Positions 35,520 through 49,310 of a stretch of 64,000 nt of DNA are shown piece after piece (positions within the stretch are counted from its first letter, which is position 1; the number at the start of each line of letters is the position of its first letter). Origin of the DNA: Centroscyllium fabricii (Eukaryota); contig JBNRSN020000012.1 of the NCBI GenBank assembly GCA_051313645.2, positions 143,530,001 to 143,594,000 on the forward strand, in the 5' to 3' direction. Made by a program: the position numbers and the translations under genes. A model generated the notes under the pieces. That model saw only the letters and a program-made list of their open reading frames with translations. It had not been told where the DNA came from and did not search any database.

Positions 35520-37704
35520 CATAGTATCCTTCAAGATCTGCTCATGTGCAATGGGTGTGGAGCGGTCATCACAAATGACCACGACAGGCTAAACCGGCCA
35601 AGATTTTCTTCCGACACCCAGCTGTTGTGCAAGGAGTTAGGTTTTCCTACCTTGCTTCCAATTTTCTGCCCCCTCTTTGCCCCCTTATCTCAACTAAGTT
35701 TGAACCTTCAGTGTTTAACGCAGAACTTGTGCTTCCATGCCAACAGCAAAGCCCCATTCACAGAATTAAAAATTCATTCAATGCAATTTTTTTTAACAAA
35801 AAAATGTTAGGAGAAATAAAACATTAAATATGCACCTGACACAAATGTTTTAAAAAGAACATGCCGGTCAGGTTTTTTTTTTAAAACTTCGTTCTGCATG
35901 AAAAATTGAATTCTCAAATATTCATTAAGATCTGTGACATTCTCTGATGGCTTCTGTAGGTTAAGTGCATCACATGAAATGATTTCCAGAAAACCTCTGA
36001 ATAAACCACAGCTTTCCCATATGGCTCAGTGTGCAATACTCTTCCCAATGTGGAATCAAACTCGAGAGACCAGGAGAGTCCCAGATTCAATCCTTTGTCT
36101 GCGCTCAGTTTGTTGGCAATTGTGAGGCACTGTGGTTGGCTGGAGTGCCCCCAGGCTAGGGGAGGGTGCGAGAGAGGGGGAAAAAATCCAGGATTTCCGC
36201 CTCCAATCGCCATCAAATAACTCTGCTGGAACATGCACAGATGTGGTGGGTGTTGAATGAGAAGAGGGTCAGGCTTGACTGTTATGTCCTGCACTTGAGG
36301 TTACGGCACCTTAGTTCCTCAATAAATTAGTAGAATGGGTTTGGGCCCACTCTTCCCTCGGCAGTTGGCAGAGGATGAAGACTGGGCAAGATGTGGAATG
36401 AGGTGCCCTGCCTGACAAGCGGAGAAATTGTGAAATAGATGGACTGAAAACTCATCATAAAAGCATACAGACAACTCATGAAAATGGTTGACCTTAATCC
36501 AACGCGTCATTCTGACAGATTCCGTCACATTAACTCCTGTCCACAGGGTTCCACTACAGTCCCCAAGGCCATTTGCCACTTCTCTCCCCTAATGTCACTG
36601 ATGATATAAATGCAAATGACAATCAGAACAAATGGGGAAAAAGAACCTGACTAAAATGTGGAAAGAAAGCAGCAGACATGCCTGCTCAGACTTTTATCTG
36701 CTCACCAACTCTGGTACAAGAAGTGTCTGCAGTCATGCCAGATTTGATCAAGAAACCAGTGATGAAAATAATATTTCCCTTCTTGATGACTCCTGCCTAT
36801 GTGCACATTTGTCCAGATAGTGCGCAGCTACGTATTGGCAGATTACAAACCACATGAAGAAATTGGAACAAAGAATCAACGGCAATGTGATGGGTTACCC
36901 GAAGTGTGAAGGAACGTTCCAGAAATATAACTCGGGGCTCATTGATGTACTTGTCCAGTGGTGATAATCTTCAAAGTTGGGAGAGCTGACAGATAGCCAG
37001 TGTGGTACTGAGTTTCACTGGACTGTGCCACTTGGCAGAAGGGCTCAGTTCCACACAGGGTTAAAAAAGAAAATAAATCGGCCAAAAAATTTGCGACGCC
37101 GTGGCTATTCACCAAATGCACAGATGTAGCACATTTAAAAAAAAATTCTAGCACCTCAGCTGCAGTTGAAATGGAACGTGATTCGAAGGCTGTCCTTTCA
37201 AAGCTGTCCATTTTTCACTGACAGCTGCCAGTGATATCCAATTTTCCAACACTTCCAGTTCACCACACATTAGCAGGCAGCAGAGTAGGTTCAATAAATC
37301 CCAGGGGAAGCGACAATCACCCTCCTCAGAGAAACGTTGGCTGTTGGTTGCCAAACTGCTAATTGGAAGATTGTGTTTTAAGTCGCTTTCCATTCTCCCT
37401 CTCCTCACCTGCAGTATAAATTAGGCACCTGTGGAAACACACAAATTGCTGCCAAAAAGTTGATGAGAAAACTGGGAGTTAGGTAGCAGACTTCTGGTGC
37501 TCCACACATCTCCAATCTGATGCTCAAACACATCTCTGCCCTCATTACAAAACTTTCTGCTGCACCGCCAGTTCCATGACGCAGTTCGGGGACCTCATTT
37601 ACTGATGTTTCAGCTTCCACTATCTGCCAGGATAAGAGACGCTCTTTGTTGCTAATACTCAGAACACGCACCATCCTCGACTGCTAAAGGCCTCATTATG
37701 ATCA

Positions 37705-37970
37705 GAAGATAAGAACATGTGAGGAAGGTCATTCGACCCATCTTAGTGCATCCATCTGGAGAACTGCGAATCTTCCCCGCCCCACACACTGTAACATCCA
37801 ATTGTTTCTTAACTGATTTCAGAGTTTCTGCTTCCACTATTCTATCTGAATGTTTGTTCCACGTATCAATCACTCTTTGTGTGAAGAAGAATTTAACTGT
37901 CATCAGTCCTGAAATTAACTCTTTCCAGTTTGAACCCCTGTCCCCTAGTTTTACTTCCTCCGTTTAATTT
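37705..37970 (-). mobile_element. Degraded CR1 3' fragment
   Basis: ORF 37652-37903 FFFTQRVIDTWN..VEAETL..KKQLD. Confidence 0.75.
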
Positions 37971-38619
37971 AACATAAAATCCGGAGGTAACTTTGAGTGA
38001 AGCGGATGATATGAACTACTTTAAAAACCATTTCCCCAATTTTTCTTGTCGTCTTCACCGCTTCTGCAGGCTGGCATAGTTGCATGGGTGTGACAACTCT
38101 CTGCCACCTCCCTCGGATACCCAATCTTCATCTGAAAGACGGACCGCGAAGGTCCACACAGTGTACTCGCAATGATGCGGTTACAGATTAGAAGGTGGGC
38201 ACTTTTGTTTGTGTTCAACGTATAACTGATAACAACTTGAAAACTTTCAGCTTTCTGAAAGAAGCTCATGGCTTCTTGAAAAGTAAATGTCACATCTCAA
38301 CTTTTCCTCTCCCCAAGTTCCATTCCATCCTCCCCCGAGATGCTGACTGTTACAGTGCGGATCCATAGCCACTCTCGAGTACCTCCCTCTAAAATGTCGT
38401 CTTTCATACCTTGAGCCTTGCCAATTAAGTACGAGCTGGCTATTCGCCAATGTAAGGCATCACAGCGAGCCACATTGTCTTCGTACACGACACACGAGGG
38501 GTTAACGGATCGCTGTCAGCAGTTCACCTCTGGCTGATGTTCTTCTCGTTAGCCCGGGGCACTGATTGTCGACTGTCCCCCCGTGTCCCCTCACAGGGCT
38601 GTGCTGACTAACACAAGGA

Positions 38620-40610
38620 GAAACATAGAAGATAGGAGCAGGAGTAGGCCATTCGGCCCCTCGAGCCTGCTCCGCCATTCAATGAGATCATGACTGATCA
38701 TCCAAATTCAGTACCCTATTCCTGCCTTCTCTCCGTATCCCTTGATCACTTTAGCCTTAAGAAATATATCTAACTCCTTCTTGAATATATTTAATGAATT
38801 GGCCTCTACTGCCTTCTGTGGTAGAGAATTTCACAGGTTCACCCCTCTCTGGTTGAAGAAATTCCTCCTCATCTCTGTCCTAAATGGCTTACTCCTTTAT
38901 CCTTAGACTTTACCCTCCTGGTTCTGGACTCCCCGACCATCGGGAACATCTTTCCTGCATCTGGACTGTCTAGTCCTTTTAGAATTTTATAAGTTTCAAT
39001 GAGATCCCCTCTTATTCCTCTAAACTTCAGTGAGTATAAACCCAATCGACCCAATCTCTCCTCATACGTCATTCCTGCCATCCCAGGTATCAGCCTGGTG
39101 AATCTTCGCTGCATTAGCCCCATGGCAAGAACATCCTTCCTCAGATAAGGCGACCAAAACTGCACACAATACTCAAGGTGTGGTCTCACCAAGGCCCTGT
39201 ACAGCTGCAGCAAGACACCCTTGTTCCTGTACTCAAGCCCTCTTGCTACGAAGGCCAACATACCATTTGCCTCCTTAACCATCTGCTGCACCTGCATGCT
39301 TACCTTCAGCGACTGATGCACACGGACACCTAGGTCTCGTTGCACTTCCCCTTCTCCCAATCTATTTCCATTCAGATAATAATCTGCCTTCCTGTTTTTG
39401 ACACCAAAGTGGATAACGTCGCATTTATCCACGTTATATAGCATCTGCCATGCTTCTGCCCAATCACCCAACCTGTCCAAATCATATTGGAGTTTCTCGG
39501 CATCCTCCTCACAGCACACACGCCCACCCAGCTTTGTGTCATCTGCAAACTTGGAGATATTACATCTAGTTCCCTCGTCTAGATCATTTATATATATTGT
39601 GAATAGCTGGGGTCCTAGCACCAATCCCTGTGGTACCCCACTCGGAAAGAGACCCGTTTATTTCAACTCTTTGCTTTCTGTCTGCCAACCAGTTCTCTAT
39701 CCAAGTCAGTACCTTGCCCCCAATCCCATGTGCCTTAGCTTTACACGTTAATCTCTTATGCGGGACCTTATTGAATGCCTTTTGAAAGTCCAAATACACC
39801 ACATCCACTGGTTCTCCCTTACCTATTTTACCAGTTACATCCTCAAAAAATTCCAGTAGATTAGTCAAGCTCGAAGTATTCTTTGTAAATCCATGTTGAC
39901 TTTGTCTGATCCGGTCACGGTTTTCCAAGTGCTCTGCTATTACATCTTTTATAATGGACTCTAGCATTTTCCGCACTACCGATGTCAGGCTGTAATTCCC
40001 TATTTTCTCTCGACCACCTTTTTTGAATAGTGGGGTAACATTAGCTACCCTCCAATCCATGGGTACTGTTCCAGAGTCTATCAAATTTTGGAAGATGACC
40101 AGCAATGCATCTACTATTTCTAGGGCCACTTCCTTAAGTACCCTAGGATGTAGATTATCAGGCCCTGGGGATTTATCGGCCTTCAATCCCGTCAATTTCC
40201 CTAACACCATTTCCCTACAAATACTGATTTCTTTCAATTCCTCCCCCTCATTAGACCCTATGTTCCTCGACATCTCTGGGAAGTTATTTGTGTCCTCCTT
40301 TGTGAAGACAGAACCAAAGTCTTCCATTGGTCTGCCATTTCTTTGTTCCCCATTATAAATTCCCCTGATTCTGACTGCAAGGGACCTATGCTTGACTTCA
40401 CCAATCATTTCCCCTCCCCACATATCTGTAGAAGCTTTTACAGTCAGTTTTTATGTTCCTTGCAAGCTTACTCTCACACTATATTTTCCGCCTCTTAATT
40501 CATCCCTTTGTCCTCCTTTGCTGAATCCTAAACTGCTCCCAATTCTCAGGGTTACTGCTTTTTCTGGCCAATTTATATGTCCTCTCCTTGGATCTTATGC
40601 TATCCCTAAT
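38620..40610 (-). mobile_element. CR1 (HER1-like) LINE, 5'-truncated, frameshifted RT, type A tail
   Basis: ORFs 39584-40423 (KSPGPD, DFQKAFNKV) and 38869-39624 (SKFADDTK, VRPHLEYCVQFW). Confidence 0.95.
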
Positions 40611-41771
40611 TTGCAATCCCTAATAAAGAGAATCGTAAAGTCATCAAGAATCTTGCAGCAAATAACGATGAGTTCAGAGATGTCTACACACAGAGCGACA
40701 TCTGGGAAATAATTGCATCTCTGCCTCAACATCTTTGAACTTCACACAAGAACATCTTCCTAATCTAAACTCGTTTCCACATGTAACAGATGGCAAAACT
40801 GCAAGCAATGGCAAGGTGGTAAATATGGCCTCATAAATGGAGCCATAGATGATGACTTGGTTCCTTGCTGGTGAAGTGTTCCCCCCCCTCCCCCTGTTGT
40901 TGATAATGCTCAAAGTTGATTTACAAGGAGATCAGACGGCCCCCAATGACATTTTGCATGGTAGTGACACCATAAAGATTTGTTATGGGGCATGAGTGCT
41001 CTAATTACTCACATGCATGACGATGCATCTTCTGGTAGCTGTATTACCCTCCATATCCATTACTGGATAGGTTCAGGAGGCAGTTAGCTTAGAGACAAAA
41101 TTGAAGGGATTGGATCAGAAGATGGATAGGTAGATTGGAGTTATCAAAAATAGGCAGAATTGTTAGGCCGAGTTGACCTTTCCCAATTCCCAAGTGTTCC
41201 TAATTCAACAGAGCCCAGACGTCAAAGTTGGATAGTTCTGGTCTCTGCATTTAGCCAACTGAGCCTATCGGGAAGCAGATTTTTGTTAAATACATTGACA
41301 GATCCACCCCCTAATCCTAGTCAGTTGGAAATCCCATTCTCCCCCTCCCAGAACAGTGGGTCAGTCCACAGATTTTGCAGAATAATGCACTGGCAGCCTC
41401 TAAAACGCAGCCATAATCAAAATGGCAGCACCGTAGGAGAGAGTTAGAATGTGCGACATTCCTCTTGTGATTAATAAGGAAGGAGGTGTCACTCCATTTC
41501 AAGGGAAGGTAAGCACACTGGCATCACCTGGCTTAACTGCTAATGGTGGCATCTGAGGTGAATCAACAGCTCTGGCGACTGTCTCCTCTGAAAGGAAGAT
41601 TGTGGTTGTGAAATCTAGTGGCGTCAAGGGAGGAATTAAAGGGATTAAGCAATAGATTCATCCGCAAACATTTTTATTGTATTGCATGGATATATAATTA
41701 GTGTTTCAACAGGGTGTGGGCACAGGTTTTTCACAGGCCTCATTTATACAAAAAAATCAAAAGCTCAGACA

Positions 41772-42168
41772 GGGCGGCACGGTGGCATAGTGGTTAGCAC
41801 TGTTGCCTCACAGCACTGGAGACCCGGGTTCAAATCCAGCCTCGGGTACTATCTGTGTGGAGTTTGCACATTCTCCCCGTGTCTGCGTGGGTTTCCTCCG
41901 GGTGCTCCGGTTTCCTCCCACAGTCCAAAGATGTGCGGGTTAGGTTGATTGGCCAGGATAAATTGACCCTTAGTGTAAGGGGGATTGAATATGTGGGGTT
42001 ACGGGGATAGGGTGGGATGTGTGTCGGTGCAGGCTCGATAGGGATCAAGGGATATGGGGACAGGGCGGGTTACTGGGTTTGGAGGATCAGCCATGATCTC
42101 ATTGAATGGCGGAGCATGCTCGAAGGGCCGAATGGCCTACTCCTGCTCCTATCTTCTATGTTTCTATG
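41772..42168 (+). mobile_element. HE1 SINE, tail type A
   Basis: Near-identical to the other HE1 copies. Confidence 0.9.
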
Positions 42169-43290
42169 TGGAAAAAGTTACAAAAAAAAGCAAGCGCCTA
42201 AACTCTCAGGTGATTTAAATGGGATGCAATGCGGCTCTGTGATAACTAATTCCTCTCAGACAAGCAGCAGCTGTTTACCAGCTATAGCATCCAATCCACC
42301 GAGGCTGGGCTCCATCAGCTCTCCAGTTAGAATTAAATTCTCAGGTGTGCTTATGTCTAAATTTAAAAATAAATCAGCAAAGCACACACTAACTTTCCAT
42401 CCAAACCTTACATCGAGGCATGGCCCTTTTGAAAGCTCGTTAACTCTTCAGAAGCACTCTTCCTACAAATATATAGGAGAGATACCTGCCGCATTAGAGG
42501 GCGCCAGTTTTAAGGGTTTAGATGATGTCAAACCAGATTCCTCGTCAAACTCGATTCCTTCCCTTTCATGCGTTTTTTTTTTAAACATGATAATTGACCC
42601 ACATTACTCGCTTAGGGTTCATTGTCTTTCTGCATTGTACGCCCCGGGTACGAATGTTTACAATGTCGAACAGCTTCTGGGATAGCCATGTGCATCACAG
42701 TGCAGATGTTCCAGCTGTGGCAGCAACAGACAAATATGGGATTTCAGCCACTGGGAATAATCAACACTGGAATACAGGAAAAAGTCAGGGAGATGAGAAA
42801 AGGCCTTTCAGCCCATTCCAGCCAATAAATGCTGGCCTTGCCAGCGACGCCCACATCCCAGGAACAAATTAAATAAAAACCCTATTCCTTCTGTACTCAA
42901 GATTCTCCCACCACAGCATCCGGCTGTACTCTAAACAATCCCACTACTTCCGTCTGCAAACATTTATTCCTCTTAAACTAAATACATTCTTCCTTGTTTT
43001 CAAATTCGAAACATTGCTCCACAAATCAAACATGCTCTTCTCACCGGACATCCCAAAGTGCAAAGTCATTAGCAAGGAGACACCATCTTTCTTACTTGGA
43101 CTTCAGCCATTAGCGAATCTTGAGTAAATAAAAAAACCTCATGCTTGAGCATGTAAGATTATCATGGATGAGTTGATTTTTAGAATACTTGTTTTAATAT
43201 CTTATAATCATTAATATCTTATAATCCTCAATATCTTATAATCATCAGTAATGGAGTTATAATCGCGTGTAAGAATTAAATGTAGAAGTC

Positions 43291-44056
43291 TGTAATCATC
43301 AATTGTATGCAATAATAACCTGAATTATATATGACATGTAACCCCTTTGCTTATAATTAAAAGTCTGTGAGAAAGCTGTAATCAGACAGCCTGGGGTGAA
43401 AAAGAGGGTTGCTATAGTCGAATAGGGAAGCTGTAGGAGAACGCTGGATATTAGCCAACAGTAAGGATGAGACATAGAGTGCATCTAGCCTGGGAAGCAA
43501 GATCAGGTGTAACTACCACTGTGTTGGAATGTTATGATGTCTCCAGTGAATTAAAATCATAAGCATTTCACAGCAAACAGCAAGGATACCATAGCTCTAC
43601 ACTGTGGAGACATGTTCTTTTTGTGTTGCTATAACTACCCCAGATATGTGTCTTGATGGTCAAAAACAGATGAGGTAAGGGTATCACAAGACTAGAACCT
43701 GCATAAGCCAAGGAGCTGCGGACACGGCATTTTTATGATTGGATTTAGGGTTTTGGATGCAAGTCAGTGATTGGTTCAGTAAGACTCCACGGGTTTTGAA
43801 TGAGAGTAAGGGTACAAGAAACGGGTCTTAACAGCCACAAAGTGTAGAAGATTCCAGGAAGAATCAAGAAGACACCCAGGAGAGAGAGAGAGAGATAAGC
43901 GAGACACAGGGCGCAGCTCACTCATGGTTGCACTTTTGCCCAGAGGGTAACGGGGTAATATAAGTCTCAATTATTCACTGTAAACTGCTGCTTAAATACT
44001 GTAATGTATTAAGTTGTGCTTATGCTGAATAAAGTTCAATCACTGTCCCCAATACA
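43291..44056 (+). mobile_element. Probable solo LTR
   Basis: TGTAAT...AATACA termini, AATAAA at ~44028, flanks AGTC/GGTC (imperfect 4-bp TSD). Confidence 0.45.
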
Positions 44057-44280
44057 GGTCAACCTCAAATCATTTGGAACCTGGGTCCCTCTGGGATCTT
44101 GCAGCAGAAGTCAATTATTTGACATTCAATCCCTTCCCTTTAGGACAGTGCTCAACATATTGCACAGCACCAACATTCCCTCATGGCTTAACACTGCTTA
44201 CATAAGACCAACGCAGCTGCCAGTGGAAAAACAACCCAGAACGTATGTTTGAGAAAATTGCAGAAACATTCTCGAGAGTT

Positions 44281-44435
44281 ACATAGAAACATAGAAGATA
44301 GGAGCAGGAGTAGGCCATTCGGCCCCTCGAGCCGACTCCGCCATTTAATGAGATCATGGCTGATCATCCAAATTCAGTACCCTGTCCCTGCTTTCTCCCC
44401 ATATCTCTTGATCCCGTTAGCCTTAAGAAATATAT
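44281..44435 (-). mobile_element. CR1 type A tail
   Basis: Matches 11044-11192; CGA(A)GAGTTAC-like sequence on both flanks. Confidence 0.85.
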
Positions 44436-44739
44436 CGAAGAGTTACCAGTTACATGTACACAGTAAGCAGTAGAGTTCAGCTGTTCATTTGTGTTTTGGG
44501 AGAATAGATGCTTTCCATTTTTGTCACCGCAACGTCATGTGCAAGTGATGTACGTCGTAATCAGAATTATGTCAGCGCACTGACCGTAAACAAACCAGGT
44601 GGGCGTTGCCAAACATTATTTCATACAGATGATGACCCCTTTGAAAATACTGCAAGCTATTCACAAACAGTAACTCATACACCAGTGATCGGCCAAATCT
44701 GTCACACCCTCTTCATAATACTGCAAACGAAGGCCGAAG

Positions 44740-44960
44740 TGTCAGCCATGGCTCAGTTGGTAGCTCGCTCGCCTGAGTCAGAAGGTCATGGGTTCCAGCT
44801 CCACTTCACGAGACTTGAGCGTATAATCTCAGCCGACACTCCCAGTGCAGCACTGTCGGAGGTGGCATCTTTCAGATGATACGTTGAATCCAGGCCCCGC
44901 CTGCCCTCTTCAGGTGGATGTAAAAGACCGCACGGCACTATTTGAAGAGGAGCAGGGGAG
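44740..44960 (+). mobile_element. Deu-type SINE 5' part
   Basis: GGCTCAGTTGGTAGC..GAGTCAGAAGGTCATGGGTTC..GGTGGATGTAAAAGACC. Confidence 0.75.
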
Positions 44961-45442
44961 CCTCAGCCATCACGTGCACATTGGGAACAACACAGGCTCA
45001 GCGGGTGAGCATTTTTGCAGCTTGCGCAGATACGTGGTCTGCTGCGACAATGCTTTTGCAAACATTGCCATTGTGTTCTTGCAATTTTATTTTAAAGTTC
45101 TTTCTCATTACCATTTTGTTCCGATGCCAGCCTTTGAAGAGAAAGGCCATACTGTGCAACTGAAATACGGGGAGACTGGCACCGACACTGTCCAATACAA
45201 CAGTAATGCCCCCCGCTGGGTTTTAGAAAAGATCCCCTATAACAAGTCAGTTTATGGGGCGAATCGAGACTGCCTTTGTAGCCAAAATTCTAGCGAAATG
45301 GTTGTCATAGTTTCAGAGAGAGAAAGTGAGTGCAAAATAACAACAGAAAATGCTGGAAAAACTCAGCAGGCCAGGCAACATCCGTGGATAGAGAAATAGA
45401 GTCAACATTTTGGGTCGAAACCCTTCTACAGAACTACAGGGG

Positions 45443-46822
45443 TGGGGAGAAATTTGTGTTTGCCAGCCAAGCTGCTGGTGTTACCGGCAGTTAATGGCCG
45501 CATCGCTAACCGAGTGAAATTTGTCTGGGGGGCATGGAGATAGGTGGCACAGTGCTCACCTTCCACGCAACACCATCCTGGTGGCGTTCCCAGAGGGATC
45601 CGGGACGAAGTTCCTGTCCAGGTCCGGCATTACAGCTTCCCACAGCCGCTGGGAGCGAAGCTGTCGAGCTTGCACGGAATGGTGGGTAATGAAGAGGTCT
45701 GAGAATTAAAGGGGCCACGCACACTGAAAGCAATACAAAATAAAATACAGTGAATCAATACGTTTTCCAGCCCTTTCTGCCTTTTGAGAAAATATTCAAC
45801 ATTTAAAAGAAGTTTCAAATGTGAATATTCAGCTATTAAAGTTGAATTACCTTCCTAACCTCAACAAATGGGAAAACTGCCTCAGCACTAACACAAATGG
45901 CTCAGCAAGCCAGGGAAGGGACATCGAGGGTCTCACATGCAGCACTCCAGCTTTATGCAAGGGGTCAACACTGCAAGAGCGGCCCTCTACCCACAGGGCC
46001 CAGGAGGCCCTCCAGAAAGAAGGATGTGGGAGTACATCACTAAGACAGTCACTGTCAGCAGTCTTGCCCCCACCACCTGGCTCCACTGCCCAAAGAAGCC
46101 TCATGAACTCAGACCTCTGGTCAAGGTCAGTGAAAGCATCTTCAAAAGCCGACTCCGCCCAACTGCATCACCAGCCCCACACACTGCTCAATGCACAACC
46201 CCCAATCACTCACCTACCAACAATCTGTACCAATGATGAGGCACACCTCCCATTCCTAGCGTCACCTCACCCCCCTTGGAGGAGACGGTGCCGGCCATTC
46301 TTGGCAGGGGCACAGTCGCGCCCTTGGCCAGCGGTGGGGCTGAAAAGATACAAGATGCGGGTATCCTCGTACGTTATCCTCCCTCTGGCATGCACCTCTG
46401 GCTTTGTCGTCCTCCCGTCAGCACAACTGCACCCTTGTGCCTTCCTCATTTCACACACCCAAGAAATGCATCCTGCCCAGCCAGTGGGACCGCAGGCGGA
46501 TGATTCCATCCTGGATATCCCGACCAGAAAAGGACTGTCTTCGGAATCTGCCTGCACATCATCACTGAATTCAGCGCTTGGGTCGAAGTATGTGTTGGTG
46601 TCGTTAAGTCGACGTTGCACGCCGATTGATGTCATCACGCCACCATTTTTTTTTTTTTACAGGGCGCTGCCAGTTACCGGCAGCGCAAAGGGCGGGGGGG
46701 AGAAAGAGGAATATGGCAGCCACCACAGGACCTACCACTAGCTGGCGAAAGAGCGGCGGCTGCCATTTTATCGCCATTTCATGGTGCGACAGAGTGGCGG
46801 TAAATACATCAACTTCTAGCCC
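45443..46822. mobile_element. Decayed Harbinger-like TIR element
   Basis: GGGGAGAAATT / AACTTCTAGCCC termini, subterminal TTACCGGCAG motifs, weak SANT-like remnant on the minus strand (ORF 46267-46638). Confidence 0.4.
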
Positions 46823-46829
46823 TTGGAAT

Positions 46830-47165
46830 CAAAAACAAAATACTGCAGATGCTGGAAATATATGATAAAAAAATGCTGGAAACACTCAGCCGGTGAGGAA
46901 GCATTTGTGGAGAGAGAAAGAGAGTTAACATTTCGGGTCTGATGACCTTTCGGCAGCACTGGAAGATTCTAGAGATGAACTTCTTCTAAGCAAATACAGG
47001 GCCTGGGAAAGGGGGTGGGAAGAGAGAAAATACAAAGCCCGTGATAGGGTGGAGGACAAGAGTGATTAAATAGCAAAAGGGATGATGGTGTGAGGCAAAA
47101 GGAGGTGATAATGAGACAAGTGCAGAAACAAAAGATGGATCCAGAAGAGGTGTGAATCATTAAAG
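46830..47165 (-). mobile_element. Penelope-like 3' terminal fragment
   Basis: AAATACTGCAGATGCTGGAAAT..AAATGCTGGAAACACTCAGC. Confidence 0.65.
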
Positions 47166-47384
47166 CAGGATAGCAGAGGGGGGGTGGGGGCGCCATGGGA
47201 AACCTGACAAAGAGGAGAAGGCTTCTGTGGCCCAGGGTTTGAACCTGGTATCTCCCTAGCCTGTGTGGCGCAGAACATCAATGCAAGATGAGACATCGGG
47301 AGGACGACAGCTAAATTCTGTTGTAGACTTTACTCAAAAGTTCAACTGAAAACTTCAAACACATGAACCTACCTACCGGACGAT

Positions 47385-47998
47385 AACAAAATACTGCAGA
47401 TGCTGGAAATCCAAAACAACAACAGAAAATGCTGGAAAAACTCAGCAGTTCAGGCAGCATCAGTGGAGAGAAACAGAGTCAACGTTTCGGGAAGTTCCCT
47501 TTATCGAGACTGATGAAACAGCCGAGAAGGATAGCAGAGGGCTGAGAGAACACAAAGGGACGAGAAGAGACAATGAGAGTTATTCAGAACGAGACGAGGT
47601 GAAATAGGACAGAAGACAGCTCTAGATTAGGTGTGAAATGCGCTGGCTGAATAGGAGACAGCTGCCGTGTGGGAAAGAGAAAGAAGGAGGGGGGGGGGGG
47701 TAGGGGACAGCCGAGGCAAAGGTGTGGATAATGTAAAGAAAAGGTAAAAATGTTAAGGGTTATGATCTGAAATTGTTGAACTCGATATTGAGTCCGGACG
47801 GCTGTAAAGTGCCTAATCGGAAAATGAGGTGCTGTTCCTGGAGCTTACGCTGAGCTTCGGTGGAACAATGTAATAGGCCAAAGACAGAGATCAGAGAGGG
47901 TGTGAAGCGGAGAATTAAAGTGACAGGCGACTGGAAGCTCAGGATCACCCTTGCGGACTGAACGGAGGTGTTCCGCAAAGTGGTCACCCAATCTGCCT
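47385..47998 (-). mobile_element. Penelope-like element 3' part with GIY-YIG endonuclease remnant
   Basis: RLGDHFAEHLRSVRKGDPELPVACHFNS and RKLQEQHLIFRLGTLQPSGLNIEF. Confidence 0.85.
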
Positions 47999-48019
47999 AC
48001 CAGCCCTGCCCATGTCTTA

Positions 48020-48160
48020 GTTGCCATGATGTGGAGGTGTCGGTGTTGGACTGGGTTGGACAAATGCAAGAAGTCACACAACACCAGGTTATAGTCCAAC
48101 AGTTTTATTTGAAATCACAAGCTTTCAGAGCGCTGCTCCTTCGTCAGGTGGAAGAGAAGT
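48020..48160 (-). mobile_element. Second Penelope-like family terminal fragment with hammerhead-like motif
   Basis: CACCTGACGAAGGAGCAGCGCTCTGAAAGCTTGTGATTTCAAATAAAACTGTTGGACTATAACCTGGTGTTGTGTGAC; a 41-bp piece recurs at 2689-2729(+). Confidence 0.7.
48116..48150 (-). ncRNA. Minimal type I hammerhead ribozyme-like motif
   Basis: CAC-CUGACGA-A-GGAGC(AGC)GCUCU-GAAA-GCUU-GUG. Confidence 0.55.
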
Positions 48161-49074
48161 TGATCGAAAGAAAGCACATATGCAAGGGAGAGAGAAATCT
48201 GATCTCTCCCACATCTCACCTTAGCAAAGAGACAAACAGAGCAGACAAAGGTGTATTAACATATTTTAACATATCAGTCTGAGATCAATGAGGCACAGTG
48301 ACTTCTTGCACATGTCTTAGTTGGCATGGTTGCCTTGTGGGGGTTAAAATACATTATAATAAAATGGAACAAGTTGATGCATTTTTCTAAAATTTTCAAA
48401 ATATTCCTGACGAATGGATTGTTTGCCCACTGAACACACACACACACACACTTGTGCACCAATTGCCAATCAAATGGCAGATACCATATTGCAAGCGGCA
48501 ACAAAAATGCAAGTTCTTTCTCAATGTGACATTGGCATCGCTGGCAGAATCAGCACAGAAGAGTCACTTGCCCGGCTTCACGTGAACTTTTCAGCGCTCA
48601 CTTCACAATGAGTGGAAGATCTGGCAAATTGCTGCTCTCAAAATTAATGCTTCTCTGCTGCATGAATAAATCTTCCATGACTAATGCACCCATCTGACTG
48701 ACTGACAACACTTTTAACACAGAATACATGCCACATGCAGACAGGGGCAATATTATGCTGTTTCCCAACTTGGGCCAAGAGCAGATGAAGATGTAACAGG
48801 TCGTTACACATCAGACTGAATTGACAGTGAAATAAGCCTGTCCCTTCCTTTGGGCCAATATAATGTCACACAGGTTTGAGTGTACTTGGTTATGTTGGTA
48901 ATGAACATGCAGAATACAATGGTCAGTAATGTATTTCGAATCCATATGTAACTGGCAATTAATACAATTAACCCACATCTCGCTGAAAGTGACAAACCTT
49001 TTCCTGTTTGCTTACAAGCACGTGATGCCGTGACATAATCCACATGGAAACTCATCACCATGTCCATTGCTCAG

Positions 49075-49310
49075 CACAGAAGGAGGAGGCCATTTGGCAA
49101 ACTGTGCCTGTGCCGGCTCTTTGAAAGAGCTATCCAATTAGTCCCACTCCCCTGCTCTTTCCCCATAGCCCTGCACAATTTTCCACGACGAGTATTTATC
49201 CAGTTCCCTTTTGAAAGTTACTTTTGAATCTGCTTCCACCGCCCTTTCAGGCAGAGCGTTCCAGATCATAACTCGCTGCATAAAAAATTGTCTCATCTCG
49301 CCTCTGGTTC
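49075..49310 (-). mobile_element. CR1-type 3' fragment
   Basis: Matches 23535-23680 and continues into the TCTGCTTCCACC..TTCCAGATC CR1 motif. Confidence 0.7.

Noticed and set aside
38121-38131. 11-nt microexon or U12 donor (CAG|ATGAAGATTGG|GTATCC, -)
   Set aside because: Donor is weak for U2 and lacks the GTATCCTT U12 consensus
42017-42685. 222-aa ORF
   Set aside because: Starts inside an HE1 SINE; remainder has no recognisable motif
45821-46741. 306-aa ORF as a host gene
   Set aside because: No recognisable domain; lies within a decayed GC-rich TIR element
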